Shown here: piece by piece, positions 22,999 through 38,122 of the stretch | How positions within the stretch are numbered: the first letter of the stretch is position 1 | How the letters are laid out: each line of letters starts with the position of its first letter | Assembly: GCF_947568905.1 (NCBI RefSeq) | Contig: NC_079170.1 | Coordinates: 15,810,001-15,874,000 of the forward strand | DNA from: Ostrea edulis | Taxonomy: Eukaryota | DNA: 64,000 nucleotides | Direction: 5' to 3' | Notes under the pieces: model-generated | The model's input: the letters and a program-made list of their open reading frames with translations, nothing else | The model's database searches: none | Told to the model about the DNA's origin: nothing | Translations under genes and position numbers: made by a program

Positions 22999-24711
22999 GA
23001 GAATATTCTCGTTCTATTTTATTTTTCACGGAATGGATGATAAAGTGAAGATAATGAACAGTATACTTATCTTATAAATACCACAAGAATACAAAACTGA
23101 GAGTAGGTCAACTACTGATCCTAGGATATACTACGGGAGGGATCTCGTGACTAGGAAGAGTAAGCATCCCCTGTTGACTGGTGACACCCACCGAGAGCCT
23201 TATATTTGGATCAGGTAAATGGAGTAATCCGAAGTCAAAATCAGTGTGCAAATGATGGTCTAGCAATTAGTATGAAACACGTCAAACAGCGTTCTGCCGT
23301 ATGATAGGTCGTACTTGCAAATTAGAACATCATAATGAAATAGCATTTGCAAAGTGCTGACATTAAACGAGACAGTTGGAATACCTGAAACATTATTTGT
23401 CTTTAATCTGTAGCGATTTAAAAATCGATCATACGCAGGACATCTTTCCGCATATCAATCAGTTGAGAGATGTAAAAAACATTATGAGGGAATATTACAA
23501 GATGACTATGGGAAGGTGACGCTGGAATAGGTCGTTTGTCATGAATATCAGTGGTCTGATTGACGTTAGTGTCTATGTTCAATAAATAATCCAACTATTG
23601 ATCAGATATGGAAGACTCTATTTTCTCATATCATCACCGGTGTTAGAACGACTTTACTCAATTTGAGAGATTCATAAGAGCTTTTTTGTCTGTCTTTGAT
23701 TATTTATGTGATAACTGTTTTGAATGGATTTTAGTGTCGGTCAAACAATAATCAATGAACTTAGACGGATAGTCTAAAATTGTCAGTGACGAAAGTGCTG
23801 TTAACATTTTTCAGAAATGTGTAGAAGGGTATTTTCTAAAAGACTTCCGGATTCTTGACAATTAAATACAAAATTTCTATTTCCCAATCCTAAACAATTT
23901 TTCATTCACTTAAGAAATGTAACTTATCATTCTTTATCTGATGCATATATCAAATGAAAAACTGGACGGAAAACTTCCGAAAGGAAATTTTCCGTCTCAC
24001 AATTTTTCAGCCATATTGAATTTCTCAGTGCATTTACCAATGCATGCCATGTATATGGTGTAAAAGATGTACACCAAAACGTGTACACCTTTGCACTACG
24101 GAAAGATGTACACTTTTTAGTTGGTGTAGACAAATCTAGCCCGCCGTTAGTAAAGGAGTCTGTAAAATATCACGTACGTCTTGTCAGTCTAACCAGTTGG
24201 TATATGCATAGATCGAATAGAAGAAGATAGTCAGGGAAACAGCTTATGTCATCAAATTATATCTGGATAAGCAAACTAAAAAAATTAACGATGCATGCCG
24301 ACTCAATGATTATCATACAAAGATTAAGAATTGATATTGAAAATTTTCACTCATATATGCTCCTTTTAAACTGGATAAGTCCAGAGTGGAACATTATGGA
24401 TCATATTCAAATAAATTGATAGACGCGTGCACGGATCAGTTTAATGTTATATTTCTGACCCAAATATACGTAGGTGTGTCCTGCAATGAATTCTAAAAAA
24501 TAATAAATGACATTAAATGGAGGAATTGAATCAGGTCGTGTGCATCTTGTACTTTGTGTATAATTATGGCAAATTGATAATTTCCAATTCTAAATATATA
24601 ACTAATTAGTGAAATGATCATTAACGATACAAAACAATTTAAATGCAAGATCATTTTAGCCCTAATGATAAAAACAGGCATTGACCTACATCTATTTGAT
24701 AAAGGAAATTG

Positions 24712-26345
24712 ATGGTATCCTCTATTTGATGCTTTCAACTTCATGAATGAGCAAAGTTCAATAGCTGTATAATCAAATTCTATTTTTCTGCTGATCTTTG
24801 CTGGTAATGAACTTTGCCTTTTGGCATCCTCTTAGAATGTACCACCCTTATGGAAAACAGCTAAAGGAACATACGATGTTATCATTACTATACACTCTAT
24901 GTAACACTCCAACAAAAGTTCCAATAAGTAACTGTTACCATTTAGATATTGAATAAATCTCTGATATTATTCACAATTGATTGATTGGCAATCATTGATT
25001 TGTAAACAGTGGGGTGTTTATCACGATCCTGCATCTGCCTCTCTTGGAAATTATACTGCAGAAATGAATACCAGCTGGAACATAATACTCAATATATATC
25101 ATTCATTGAATTATTCATAACATTGTCCGGTCGTTTTTCAAGTTCATAATATCTTTTGCTTTCATCACTTCCTCTTCGTGCTGCATTGTCGTTAAGATAA
25201 CTCCCCGCTGATGATCGGCTACTTCCCCTTGAAGTTTTGTTGATGATAGAATTATCTGAGGCACTACTCGTTCTTGAACTTGGTTTCTGAATGAAGCTTG
25301 TTGAATGAAAGTTGTACACTTTATCACTGAGTTCATGATATACGTTCGAGCTCCTCGATCGGACACTTGTCGGGCTCTTGTCGTAAAGTGATGGTACTTG
25401 TGTTGCTTTTACAGCCATCTGTTAACGAAAAATGTACGCGTCTACATATATCAGTAATTCAATATCTTACAATACTTCAGAGAGAGTTGTATATTACCTG
25501 AAATGATGCAAACATACCCTTTCTCAATAAAGATCTATAATCTTTCAGTCTGTTTTAACTTCATTACCACGTGTTTCATGAGAGGTCTTAAAGTTCATGA
25601 TTTTCAAACAAACTGTTAAGTCTATGCTAGCTAAGATAAGAAATTATAGTTCTTTTTACCTTGACAGTGTCTTCGACATCACTATACACATGAAAATTAT
25701 CCAAAATGATTGCTTGATTTGGGTTACTAAACATAGGTGGTGTTTGTGTGTTGCCTCTGCTAAAATATAAAAGATATTTTCCTTTTACACAGTTCGCAAT
25801 ATTCTGAAGGTACATCCACCGAAATAATTGATTAAAAAAAGAGCACAGAAAAAGGAATTGATTCTTTGTTTTCAAGTGACATAATGAGATAAACGGAGAA
25901 AGGAAGATATAATGACATCCTTCTCAGATACTGACTGTGATCTGTGCTTGTACCATCGTATGGTCAAAGTAAGTAAGATACCAACGACACAACCTGCTAT
26001 TCCGCAGCTGAAGGCCAGAATCCAATCTAGACATAAGTTTGAAATGAAAATTTTAATAACCATACATACATTTATTTGCATTCATATTAATATTTACTCC
26101 TTTTTGTTTACATCATATCCATTTCAGGTTGATAAGAAGAAAGAAAAAACACGTATTTGAACAAAATGCATTCAAAATGTGAATGTTTACTACTAAATAA
26201 TTATAAACGATAAAGCCTTATTTGACAACAGTTTGGCTGTTAAGGACTATTTTTTGTTGTGTAGAAATTTTGTAAAGATAACACTAAAAACTTTGATATC
26301 TTTTAATTATCAAACAGTGCGCTTTGGCAATTTGTTAATGAAAAG

Positions 26346-26403
<58 letters not shown>

Positions 26404-28663
26404 AAGATATATCAAAGAGCACCAAGGTAAATTTTACAAATCGTGAGATCGTAATCTAACTAACTTTTAATTATGCAATATTTGCATAAAGTAGAATTTT
26501 TATAATGAAATACTCGTCCTCTCTTTACATATAAAGGATTACCTGGATGGTTTGTTAAATCACTAATGCTTGAAACGCCAATTACAGTGATATTTTCTGC
26601 AAAATGATACATAAGCAAAATGATACATCAACAATTTTTAGATCAAAGGTGAAGATAACGAACAGTGATCAATCTCATAACTCCTATAACCAATACAAAA
26701 TAGATATTTGGGCAAACACGGACCCCTGGACACACCAGAGTTCGGATCAGGTGCCTAGGAGGAGTAAGCATCCCCTGTCGACCAGTCACACCCGCCATGA
26801 GCCCTATATCCTGATCAGGTAAACGGAGTTATCCGTAGTCGAAATCAGTATGTTAGGAGGGGCCTAACAATCGATATAAAACACGTCAGACAACATTTGA
26901 TCCAATGATAGGTTGTATTGATGGACTAGATTGTTATAACGACCATAGAATTTGCAAAATGCTGACTTCAATCGATGCTGTTGAAACTGGATCGCACGCA
27001 CACGTACGAATGCATACACATTACACACATTCTTTTTTTTTTAATCTGAGTACAATTTCAAACTCTGAACACTTTCTTGATTTTTTTCAGCCGTGTTTCT
27101 GGTCTTCGTCAGGCGTGAACCACAATTTGGATGGCTATGAACACCAAGAATTTTGATGGTTTTCTACGTCCCTCAACCTTCATAAATCGAGAGGCTGTGT
27201 ATTCGAGCCATGTTCGCGCCATGATACAACAATTTAATATACTCCTTACTATATTCCTTACTATACCTAGGATATCGGTAAGATTGCTTCTTCGCCAAGC
27301 GCTTAACACTTAGTGAGAATCATGGGCCTTTCGGATATGACATTAAAAACGGAGGTCCCATGTCACGGCAGGCGTTGGCAAGTTAAAGCACACTTACTGC
27401 CACGGCCCTGAGCGCTAACCATAGGTCTAAATCTGTTGTATATAATCTACAGCTGAATGTGTGTATCAGTATATCAGGAAAACATTCTCGACGAGACGTA
27501 AAACAAACAATAAATTAATTAATTCATACAACGACACAGAAAAAAGATTGTCTTTGAAAAACTTACCATTTTGATCTCTTAAATCACAGGTTATAGAGAT
27601 CCAGGTCATTATGCACTTTGATATATTACAGTGTTTTGCGTTGAAAATGGAGGTGTTACTTCGTTGGTTCAACAGAAGCTCTAGGGTGTAGCTGACACAA
27701 TGTGCCTCATCGTGTAAAGAATTGTTACTTTCAAATTGGCCGCTGCAGTTTATTGTACAGACCCTGGCTATAGAAATAAAGAAATACAGTGTTTAACGAA
27801 TTTCCGAAGCTTAAGTTAAAATAATAATTACTGGTGAATGTAATATCTAAAATGATTTAGTTTGAACCATTTTCTTGAAGTTTGTCGTAAGGGCAGCGTT
27901 GTTGTGATAATTCGTCGTGAATGTTGATTGCATCCTCAAAGCACCAGTTGCTTTTAAACCTGGGAAGTGGAATTCAGAAATCATCGTTAGGGTAACTGGG
28001 AATCAAATTTAAAGGAAATCCATGGGTGCATATTTAAGTATGTCAATGAATTTTAGAAAGTATGGAACTCACGACGGCAAGACAGTTGATGACATAGAGA
28101 ATATACCGCCTCCCGCTATCTTGACCCAAACCAATAAATCTGAAATAAATGTTGTCAAGAAATACTTACATATTATGAATTTATAAATGACAAGCTTGCC
28201 ATATATATAAAAAAAATTGTAGGATGACAACAATATGATTTGTATAAGATCTGCATGTTTTCAAAAGAAAACGACCCTGGATGTTGAGGAATGCAATAAA
28301 ATGTTGTGCAGAAATTTCTATTTTTATATTCAAGCAACAATATAGTGTCGATACATGTATATTTATTAAAATCTCTACGTTCAGAATAAAGATGACTGCA
28401 AAACAAAGCATATATACTAAAGTATTAATAATATAAGCTTGGAAAAAATGAAACGCCTCATGATATATTACTCAGTTCTTTTGATTTCGTACTTTACCAT
28501 GAATGGTAAATTCTAATAGAATTATGGATAAATTTAATCAGTGCATTCCAAAAAACTGATACATTTTTCATTATTAAATTGACTAGGAAAAATATATTTC
28601 CTGATCTTCAGGTAATTGATTAAATGACACCAATAGTGAAAAAATTGGGGTTTTGTGGGGGGA

Positions 28664-28706
<43 letters not shown>

Positions 28707-31700
28707 CGATACAGTATGTATGAAATGTGAAGATAACGAACAGTCCCTTATGTAGTATACATATATCCCTGTGAGTTCGAAGCAAAAGACACCACTGAGT
28801 CGTCCACTTCTGCTTCATACTTAGATATTTTATTGAAAGTAGACATTAATGGCAAACTGACTGCTCAACTGTATATGACAAACGAGATGATTTCAGCTTC
28901 TCCATCGTCAACTTCCCATATTTATGTAGCAATATTCCATTATCACCTGCATATGGTCTTTATATCTCTCAATTGATTTGATAGGCAAGAGCTTGTTCTG
29001 TATTTGGTCAGTTTTTAAATCAAGGCCAGTTACTGACAAACAACTTGATGGTACAGGGGTTTCAACAGTCTCGATTGAAGTAGCATTTTGCACCGAATTT
29101 ACTGAATGCCAACACTGGATTTTCACTCAAATCTTTCGTCTTGCATAAATAGACACGAAGTTCGGTGTTTATATGACCGTATCTTTTTGTTTTTGATGTA
29201 TATACTATGTACATTTATAATAAATATATCAATTTTTGCCGTGCATTTTTCAGGCAAATCTTTATGATATTTCATTAAACTTCACCTAAATGGATTTCCC
29301 GCTATTTTCTGCAGCCATGAAATTTGCTCTTGATGTACAAAAAATAGTGTGCCCGTTTTATTTCATAGAATTAACACTATCGACAAACAAATAAATAAAC
29401 ATAACACATTCAACATGGATTGAATATTCCTTTGCGCGTGGAACAAAAATGAAAAATTTGTCAATGCCCTCGAAAAATTGATTCATTTATGACTTTGCAA
29501 TCAATATGATTGTGTCCATATTTATACGCTTAGTTATGCTTAGTTGTATAAGATATGTCATCATTTTATTTTATAATCCTCCCTTAAAATCTAACCACCC
29601 ACTGTCGGTTATGTTTGATTACAATTATGATGCTCTCACTGTGCGAGAAATACAAACCTAGAATTGTTAGAAGCTACTGCGTGAACAGAAAGATTCATTT
29701 TCAACTTTTTAATTTTTACACTTTATTTCTAATTAGTGACAATTGTACTTACATAAACATCGCCTTAGATATGCCATTGTCTCTTTCCAAATATCGCCTC
29801 AATTGCTTAATTTTTACGATGGAAATTTCTAATAGTAAGGAAAAGGTATTAACACAGCTTTTTACACATCAAAAGCCATGGAAAACACTGAACAAGTTCT
29901 TCCTGGTCAAACAAGATATATGCGAGTTTGTGGAATTACCCATCCATGGAGTTAATACTGCGGAAGCAATTAAAAGTTAAATGTTTCTTTCCAGAGGTTA
30001 ATGTTACATTATTTTTCTATTTCTATAGGAACCATATCTCCATCTACATCAGAAGCATTTGCAAAAGTCAGGAATCCTGCTATTTCTGTTAGATCAAGGG
30101 AAGGGATTATTCTCACTGCTGATAGATCACACAAAAGAGAATTTTCTTGTTCTATTTCATTTTTCACGGAATGGATGATAAAGTGAAAATAATGAACGGT
30201 GACCAATCTTATAAATACCATACGATTACAAAATTGAGAGTAGGTCAAATCCTTGGGTATACTAAGTGTGGGATCTGATGTCTAGGAGGAGTAAGCATCC
30301 CCTGTTGACTTGTGACACCCACCGTGAGCCCTATATTTGGATCAGGTCAATGGAGTAATCCGAAGTCAAAATCAGTATGTAAATGATGACCTAGCAATTA
30401 GTATGAAATACGTCAGACAGCGTTCTGCCGTATAATAGGTCGTACTTGCAAATTAGAACATCATAATGACATAGCATTTGCAAAGTGCTGACTTTAAACG
30501 AGACAGTTGATATACCTGAAACATCAACATTACTTGTCATTAATCTCTCTCGAGTTAAAAATCGATCATACGCAGAAGATTTTTCCGCATATCAATCAGT
30601 TGAGAGGTGTAAAAACCATATTCAGGTGATGAGGGAATATTACTACATGACTATGGGAAGGTGATGCTGGAATAGGTGATGTCATCCCGTTTGTCGTGAA
30701 TTGATCAGATATGGAAGACTCTATTTTCTGATATTATCACCTACTTTCGGAAGGTCGGTGGTCTCTTCCCAGGTGCATTGTATCCGGGTTCTCTCTTCCA
30801 CCAACAAAAACTGGGCGCCACCATATAACTGAAAAATTGTTGAATAGGGCGGAAAACATCAAATCAAATCAAATCATATTATCACCGGTGTTAGAACGAC
30901 TTTACTCAATCTGAGAGAGTCATAGAGCTTTTTTGTCTTTCACTGCTGCAACGTCTTTGATTGTTTATGTGATGACTATTTTGAATGAATTTTAGTGTCG
31001 GTCAAACAGTAATTAATGATCTTAGACGGATAGTCTAAAATTGTCAGTTAGATTTTAATGAAAGTGGTGAAAGTGCTGTTAGCATTTCTCAAAAATGTGT
31101 AAAAGGGTATTTTCTAAAAGACTTCCGGATTCTTGACAATTAAATATAACATTTCTATTTCCCAATCCTAAACAATTTTTCATTCACTTAAGAAATGAAA
31201 GTTATAATTCTATATCTGATGCATGTATCAAATGAAAAACTGGACGGAAAACTTCTGAAAGGAAATTTTCCGTTTCACAATTTGTCAGCCGTATTGAATT
31301 TCTCGGTGCTTTTACCAACGCATGTATTGTACATGGTGTAGAAGATGTACACCAAAATGTGTACACCTTTGCATTTGATTACGAAAAGGTGTACACTTTG
31401 TGGTCGGTGTAGACAAATCAAGCACACCCTTAGTAAAGGAGACTGTAAAACAACGAATTGCAATATATCAAATACATACCATACAGAATTCCGAAAATTC
31501 AAAAGGTTAAAATCTCGCTAAATTATAAAACTATGATATTTGACATATATTGCGCTATCTTTCTTTGACAGACTAACTGCATACGTTAAGAATATAGACA
31601 ATGTAACGCTATAATGTAAAGTTCATATCTTAATGTCAATGATATTGACATGAGATGCATTGAAGGATATATTGCACTGGTTAATGAGAAACTACACACG

Positions 31701-34660
31701 AGTTATTGAAACTCGTAATTGTAGAATCCATGTCTATCGCAACGGGGACTCTAATCCACGAGCTTAACTTCTCCAAGCGTGGGATGTAACTCTGATTTCA
31801 ATAAATGCTCCATGGACCTCATCACCAATAAATAACATTTAGCCATGGGTGTATGTGTTCTTTTGTCCGCTCATTTGATTAGTTGATTATTAAGATTTTT
31901 ACGCCCTCTCAAAAATGGAAAGGTCAAGCTAACAAACTGTTATCGATGAAAGGTGAAAATAACGAAAAGTAATCAATATCATAACTCCTATAAGGAAATC
32001 AAAATAAAGAGTAGGGCAAACACAGACCTTTGGAACCAGGTGCCTAGGAGGAGTAAATATCTTCTGTCGACTGGTCACACTCGTTGTGAGCCCTATATCT
32101 CGATCAGACAAACGGGGTAATTTGTAGTCAGAATCAGTGTGTCACGATTGGTTTACCAATCGCAGAATTTGATGCAATGACAGTTTGTATAAACTATTGG
32201 CAAACTAGTTTGTTATAACGACCATAGAGTTGGAAAGATTGTGACAGTAAACGAGGCTGTTGAAACCCCTGTAGCATTTTTTGGAATGGCCGGATGTTTT
32301 TCACATGCTTCAATCATATACACTCTGGTCAATCTATTAGTGATGGGCCTTTATCGTGCTAAAATCCTCTATGACATGGGATCTCAGTTTTAAATATTCG
32401 AAATACCCATGACCTATACTTTTAATGCCAAACACTAGGAATAGTTACTACCCATATTTAACCATATGCATTCTCAATTTCTCATCAAACATCCTCACTA
32501 CTGAAGAACACAATACATTGGTCTACATTTGCAAATCTAGATCTTATGCTAAAAAGGGCTTCATACGGACGTCAAATCACAAAATCAAACAAACAATGCA
32601 GGATTTATGACATTTTACTGCACATATCTAAAGCTACGTATAAATCATAATGTTTGAACCTTCAGCTACAACCATTATCGTTTTGTATTAATAAATATTC
32701 TTTTCCCAATGCATAGTATTTATCACTTCCTGCACTACCTGTTGGCGAAGTTTTCGTCCGGTCCTTTGACTTTATAGAAGAACTCTCTGCATGAAATAAA
32801 AATGAATCTAAAGAAGGATTTCCTGAATGGATGATAACGAATTTCCCAGATGAGCTGCCACTTTGAAGTTCGCTCTCCTTTCTCTCGAGTTTACAGCTGT
32901 ATGCTAGGACATCGCTGGACAAAAACACACTTACATCTATGCCCATACTCTTCCTCTCTTCCAATCCACCTAGGTGGTGGTAAATGTTTTCTCATGATCT
33001 AGAACTCGATGAACTATCATCTTTGTAAGAAGGAACTTGAATAGCTTTATTGATCACCTAGTGAGAGAAGAAAAATCACAAAATTCAAATCAATGAAATA
33101 TTTTTCTCGTTTGGATTACGACCAATTAATGAAAATGAACAGTGATTAATCTCATAAATATCATGGAAATCTAACATCAAGGACATGACCAATGCACATT
33201 CCCTATACATGATACAGGTGAGATCGAGTGACTAGGAGGAATAAGCACCCCGTTTTGACCGGTCACACCCGTCGTGAGTCCTGTATCTTGATTATGTAAA
33301 TGGAGTCAGCCGTATTCAAATCGACACAGAAAGAATGTAGACTACATTTGACTTGATGACATGGAGTATTATTATACCACAGTATGAGAATTCCACGCAA
33401 CGCGTAATGTGATTAGTCTAGACGGTCACGTGCCAGGGATGACAACACTTCATATCTCCCTCTCAAACATCATATCTCCCTATCATATTTAGCCCTTGGG
33501 CAGACTCGTGCAATTTCCATAAATTTAACGTCAAGGTAGACGAAGTCTATTGTGACGTCACAATAAGTCATTCTACTTTCACAGTTCGTAAGGCAGAAAA
33601 TATGTGGGTCTCTAATACACAGTTGAATCGTATGGTTTTGGTTGATACAAAAACAAGCAAGTAAATTAGCATTTAAGGAGAATGGAAATACAAAAACTGG
33701 TTATCATATCACTGTATTTCGTATGATTTTTCTTGGGTGAATAAATCTTCATATCTCCCTCACTATCATGCAATAAATGTATAATAGCAAATAAGATGGT
33801 TTTAACAACCGTAGCCTTTACAAAGTGTTGCCTGTAAACAAGATAGACAAGACTTGTCCATGTCTTCGCTTTTAAAGATCACCATAAAAACATTTCTTTT
33901 AAAATCTATGACTCGGAATAATGTACTCTAAAATTATCTTCGATACCAGCATATTCTGCCTCTAATGGATTGATGATGACTCTGCCCTCAGGTAAACCAC
34001 TTCTCTCTTGGTGACTAGGCTGATAGGATACTGGTGACGGGAATCGATTGCTAAACAAATAAAATCATTGATACTATTTGATAATTTTAAATGTAATCAC
34101 TGAGTCAAAACATCATGTTTCTAGATAGCGCAGATTTCATGGAAGTTTTCTAAATCTAAATTTTTCCTAATTTATTGAAACGCTGAACAGTTGTGTTGTA
34201 TGTACATAAAAATGAAGCCACGGACTATGGAAATTAAACTAAAATGGGAAAATGGAGGTTGTGAAACAACAAAAATGAAATAATTCCACAAGATACATAT
34301 AACTTTTTTATATGACGATCAGTTTTCTGTGTATATGGGAAGAGAAATGATATATGTACTAAACTAGTAGGAAACAGTTTAATTGGTGAAGCAAAATATA
34401 AGAGAATCATGAATCTCTTGTAAAATATCAGAGAATCATGAATCTCTTGTAACAAGTGCATATATATTTTCAAATGAGGGAATGCCTTAGAGGACAGGAC
34501 ATACTCTTTGTGCCGATTCAGGAGGTTGTAATTCACACGTAGGATTCCAATTCCAAAGAGACACCCGACAACGAAGCAGGTCACAATTAGGACAGCAATT
34601 ATACCTGGACCTTGGATTAAATAAAAGGAAAGTTCTTACAAACGCTAAATGGTTATCAAA
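24712..34660. repeat. Segmental duplication, copy 2
   Basis: Near-identical to 3494-13830 (see that feature). Confidence 0.95.
25089..29777 (-). CDS. Gene A2: near-identical paralog or allele of A1, about 301 aa
   Basis: Exons: 29777-29753, 28139-28073, 27959-27868, 27767-27567, 26026-25936, 25759-25660, 25418-25089. The frame is open. Differences from A1 seen by eye: T2A, L>V in exon 2, T>I and G>S in exon 7. Confidence 0.83.
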
Positions 34661-36193
34661 TACATCAGAATGATTTTGATATGAAATTGGAATGTAATAA
34701 CTTACCAAGACATTCATTTCCATTCTCTTTGTTGTGTTCGAATATATTAAGCTGGTCTGGATTGTTGCCCTGCGTCCAACATTCAATGGTTATATTTTCG
34801 ATTATGCACTTTTTAATATCACATAGACTGTCTGTCATCTGTGTTGATTTCATTTCATTATAGTGAAAATTGATTTTGTATTCAACACAATGATCTTTAT
34901 CGAATAGATCATTATTGAACACATATATTGCTTTGCATGACATCGAACATGTATTATTACCTAAAATAAAAAAAAATATATCGTGTTGATGTCATTGTTT
35001 TCTTTCATCAAAAAGTGGCAAATAATGAAAGAAATCGCTATGAATAGATCCTACCTTTGTGCCTATTTGATAGATCCTGTAGAGGACAGTTTTGGTCGGC
35101 CATCATTGCATGCACTTGTAAAGCTTGTTCCAAACATATTTTCCTGAAGTTTTACAAAACGTATTGAAAAGAAAAGTATGAGGTGAAAACAAATGTGTAT
35201 GTATCTAATATGATCGTTTTAAACAAGAATTAGAATCTTATATATCGTTTAAACAAACCTTTCATTTTGGGGAAAGCACAGGACTTTCTTAGGAATATCC
35301 ATCGTGAAGCACAGAATAACACCTGTGTTGTATTGAAATAATGTATGGATGAAATAAAGATGAAATGAATTCTGTTGAAAAATAAAGATGTAAAAGATTG
35401 AATCATAATCAATAGATCCCATAACGGATTTATGCTACAGAAAATAGTTTTTTGTTTGTAAATCAGGATTTAGGTTATGAAAGGCCTGGTTTAAAACCAG
35501 AATTTCACAAATATAACAGGTCATTAAGTCGAATGCTCTCTGACGTGTTTCATACCAATTGTTAGACGGATCTTTACATACCGATTTTTACTACGAATTA
35601 CTCAGTTTATCTGATAAGATATAGGGCATATAACATTTATGACCGTTGAACAGAGAATATTTACTCCCCCTAGACATCTGCTCCCAACTCTGGTGTTTCC
35701 AGGGGCCCGTGTTTACCAACTCATAATTTTATATCATTTATTGGATTCAATATAACAAACAGTGAGGAATCACACAATTCTATATTACACTGCATCATAT
35801 TACTTTGTGAATCATCTCAGATCACTAAATAAAGTTAGTAGTGTTATCCACTGAAACGCAGAATTCATGGCTCTGAGGGACATCTTCAGATTGATTCATT
35901 CATTACTTTGCAATCAATACGATTGTGTTCATATTTATACACTTAGCTATATTTAGTTTTATAAGGTATTATCTCATCATTTTATTTCATAATCCTCCCT
36001 TAAAAGGTAACCACCCACTGTCGGTTGTGCTTAATCACAATTATGATGCTCTCACTGTGCGAGCTATACAAACCTATAATCGTTAGAAGCTATTACGTGA
36101 ATAGAAAGATTCATTTTCAACTTTTAAACTTCCACACTTTATTTCTGATTAAGGACAATTGTACTTACATAAACATCGCCTTAGATATGTCAT
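32662..36193 (-). CDS. Gene B2: mosaic family member with the same premature stop as B1
   Basis: Exons: 36193-36169, 35322-35259, 35143-35055, 34960-34706, 34610-34505, 34050-33927, 33057-32662. TGA at 32994-32992. Exons 5-7 match B1, exons 2-4 match B3, and exon 1 is A-type (MTYLRRCL). Confidence 0.8.
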
Positions 36194-36482
36194 TGTCTTT
36201 TTCCAAATATCGCCTCGATTGCTTAATATTTACAATGAAAATTTCTAATAGTAAGGAAGAGGTATCAGAACAGCTTTTTCCACATCAAAAGCCGTGGAAA
36301 ACACTGAACAAGTTCTTCCTGGTTGAACAAGAAATATGCGAGTTTGTGGAATTACCCATCCATGGAGTTAATACTGCGGAAGCAATTAAAAGTTAAATGT
36401 GTCTTTCCAGAGGTTAATGTTACATTATTTTTCTATTTCTATAGTAACCATATTTCCATCTATATCACAGGAGCATTTGCAA

Positions 36483-36625
36483 AGGTAAGGAATCCTGCCA
36501 TTTCTGTCAGATCAAGAGAAGGGGTTATTCTCACTGCTGATAGATCACACAAAAGTCAGGAATCTTGCTATTTCTGTTAGATCAAGGGAAGGGATTATTT
36601 TCACTGCTGATACATCACACAAAAG
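36483..36625. repeat. Two copies of the 70-bp unit upstream of B2
   Basis: A diverged pair of the same unit found as 27 copies at 21109-22998 and as single copies at about 9220 and 30067. Confidence 0.85.
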
Positions 36626-38122
36626 AGAATATTCTTGTTCTATTTTATTTTTCACGGAATGGATGAGAAAGTGAAGATAATGAACAGTATACTGATCCTA
36701 GGATATACTACGTGTGGGATCTCGTGTCTAGGAGGAGTAAGCATCCCCTGTTGACCGGCCACAACCACCGTGAGCCATATATTTGGATCAGGTAAATGGA
36801 GTAATCCGAAGTCAAAATCAGTATGTAAATGATGGCCTAGCAGTTAGTATGAAACACGTCAGACAGAGTTCTGCCTTATGATAGGTCGTACTTGCAAATT
36901 AGAACATCATAATGACATAGCATTTGCAAAGTGCTGACTTTAAACGAGACAGTTGAAATACCTGAAACATCAACATTAGTTGTCATTAATCTGTATCGAT
37001 TTTAAAATCGAACATGCGCAGGACATCCTTCCGCATATCAATCAGTTGAGAGATGTAAAAACCATCTTCAGGTGATGAGGGAATATTACTACATGACTGA
37101 GGGAAGGAGACGCTGGAATAGGTGATGTCATCCCGTTTGTCGTGAATATCAGTGGTCTGATTGACGTTAGTGTCTATGTTCATTAAATAATGAAACGATT
37201 GAATAATCCAACTATTGCTCAGATATGGAAGACTATTTTCTCATATTATCACCGGTGTTAGAACGACTTTACTCAATTTGAGTCATAAGAGCGTGTTTGT
37301 CTTTCACTGCTGCAACGTCTTTGATTGTTTATGTGATAACTGTTTTGAATGAATTTTAGTGTCGGTCAAACAATAATCAATGAAAATTGTCAGTTAGATT
37401 TTAATGAAAGTGATGAAAGTGGTGTTAACATATTTCAGAAATGTGTAAAAGGGTATTTTCTCAAAGACTTCCGGATTCTTGACAATTCAATTTAAAATTT
37501 CTATTTCCCAATCCTAAACAATTTTTCATTCACTTAAGAGATGTAACTGATAAATCTTTATCTGATGCATGTATCAAACAAAAACTGGACGGGAAACTTC
37601 CGAAAGGAAATTTTCCGTCTCACAAATTTTCAGCCATATTGAATTCCTCGGTGCATTTACCAATACATGCCATGTATATGGTGTAAAAGATGTACACCAA
37701 AACGTGTACACCTTTGCACTACGGGAAGCTGATTGTTTTCTCATGCTTCAAGCGTATACACTCTGGTCAATCTATTAGTGAGGGGTCTTGATCGTGATAA
37801 AATCTACCATGATACGGGATCTCAGTTTTAAATATTCGAAATACCCACGGCCTACACTTTTGATGCCAAGCACTTGGAATAGTTGGAACCCATATTTAAC
37901 CATATACATTCGCATCAAATATCCTGAAGAACACATAACATTGGTCTAGATTTGCAACACTAGATTTAAGCTGGCAATAGTGCAAATTCAAGAGAGCTCC
38001 TCATACGGACGTCAAGTCACAGACACAAACAAATTTATTTATCAAACAACAAACAATACAAGGTATTATGACATTTTACTTCAAATATCTAAACCTACAT
38101 ATGAATTAAAATGTTTGGACCT

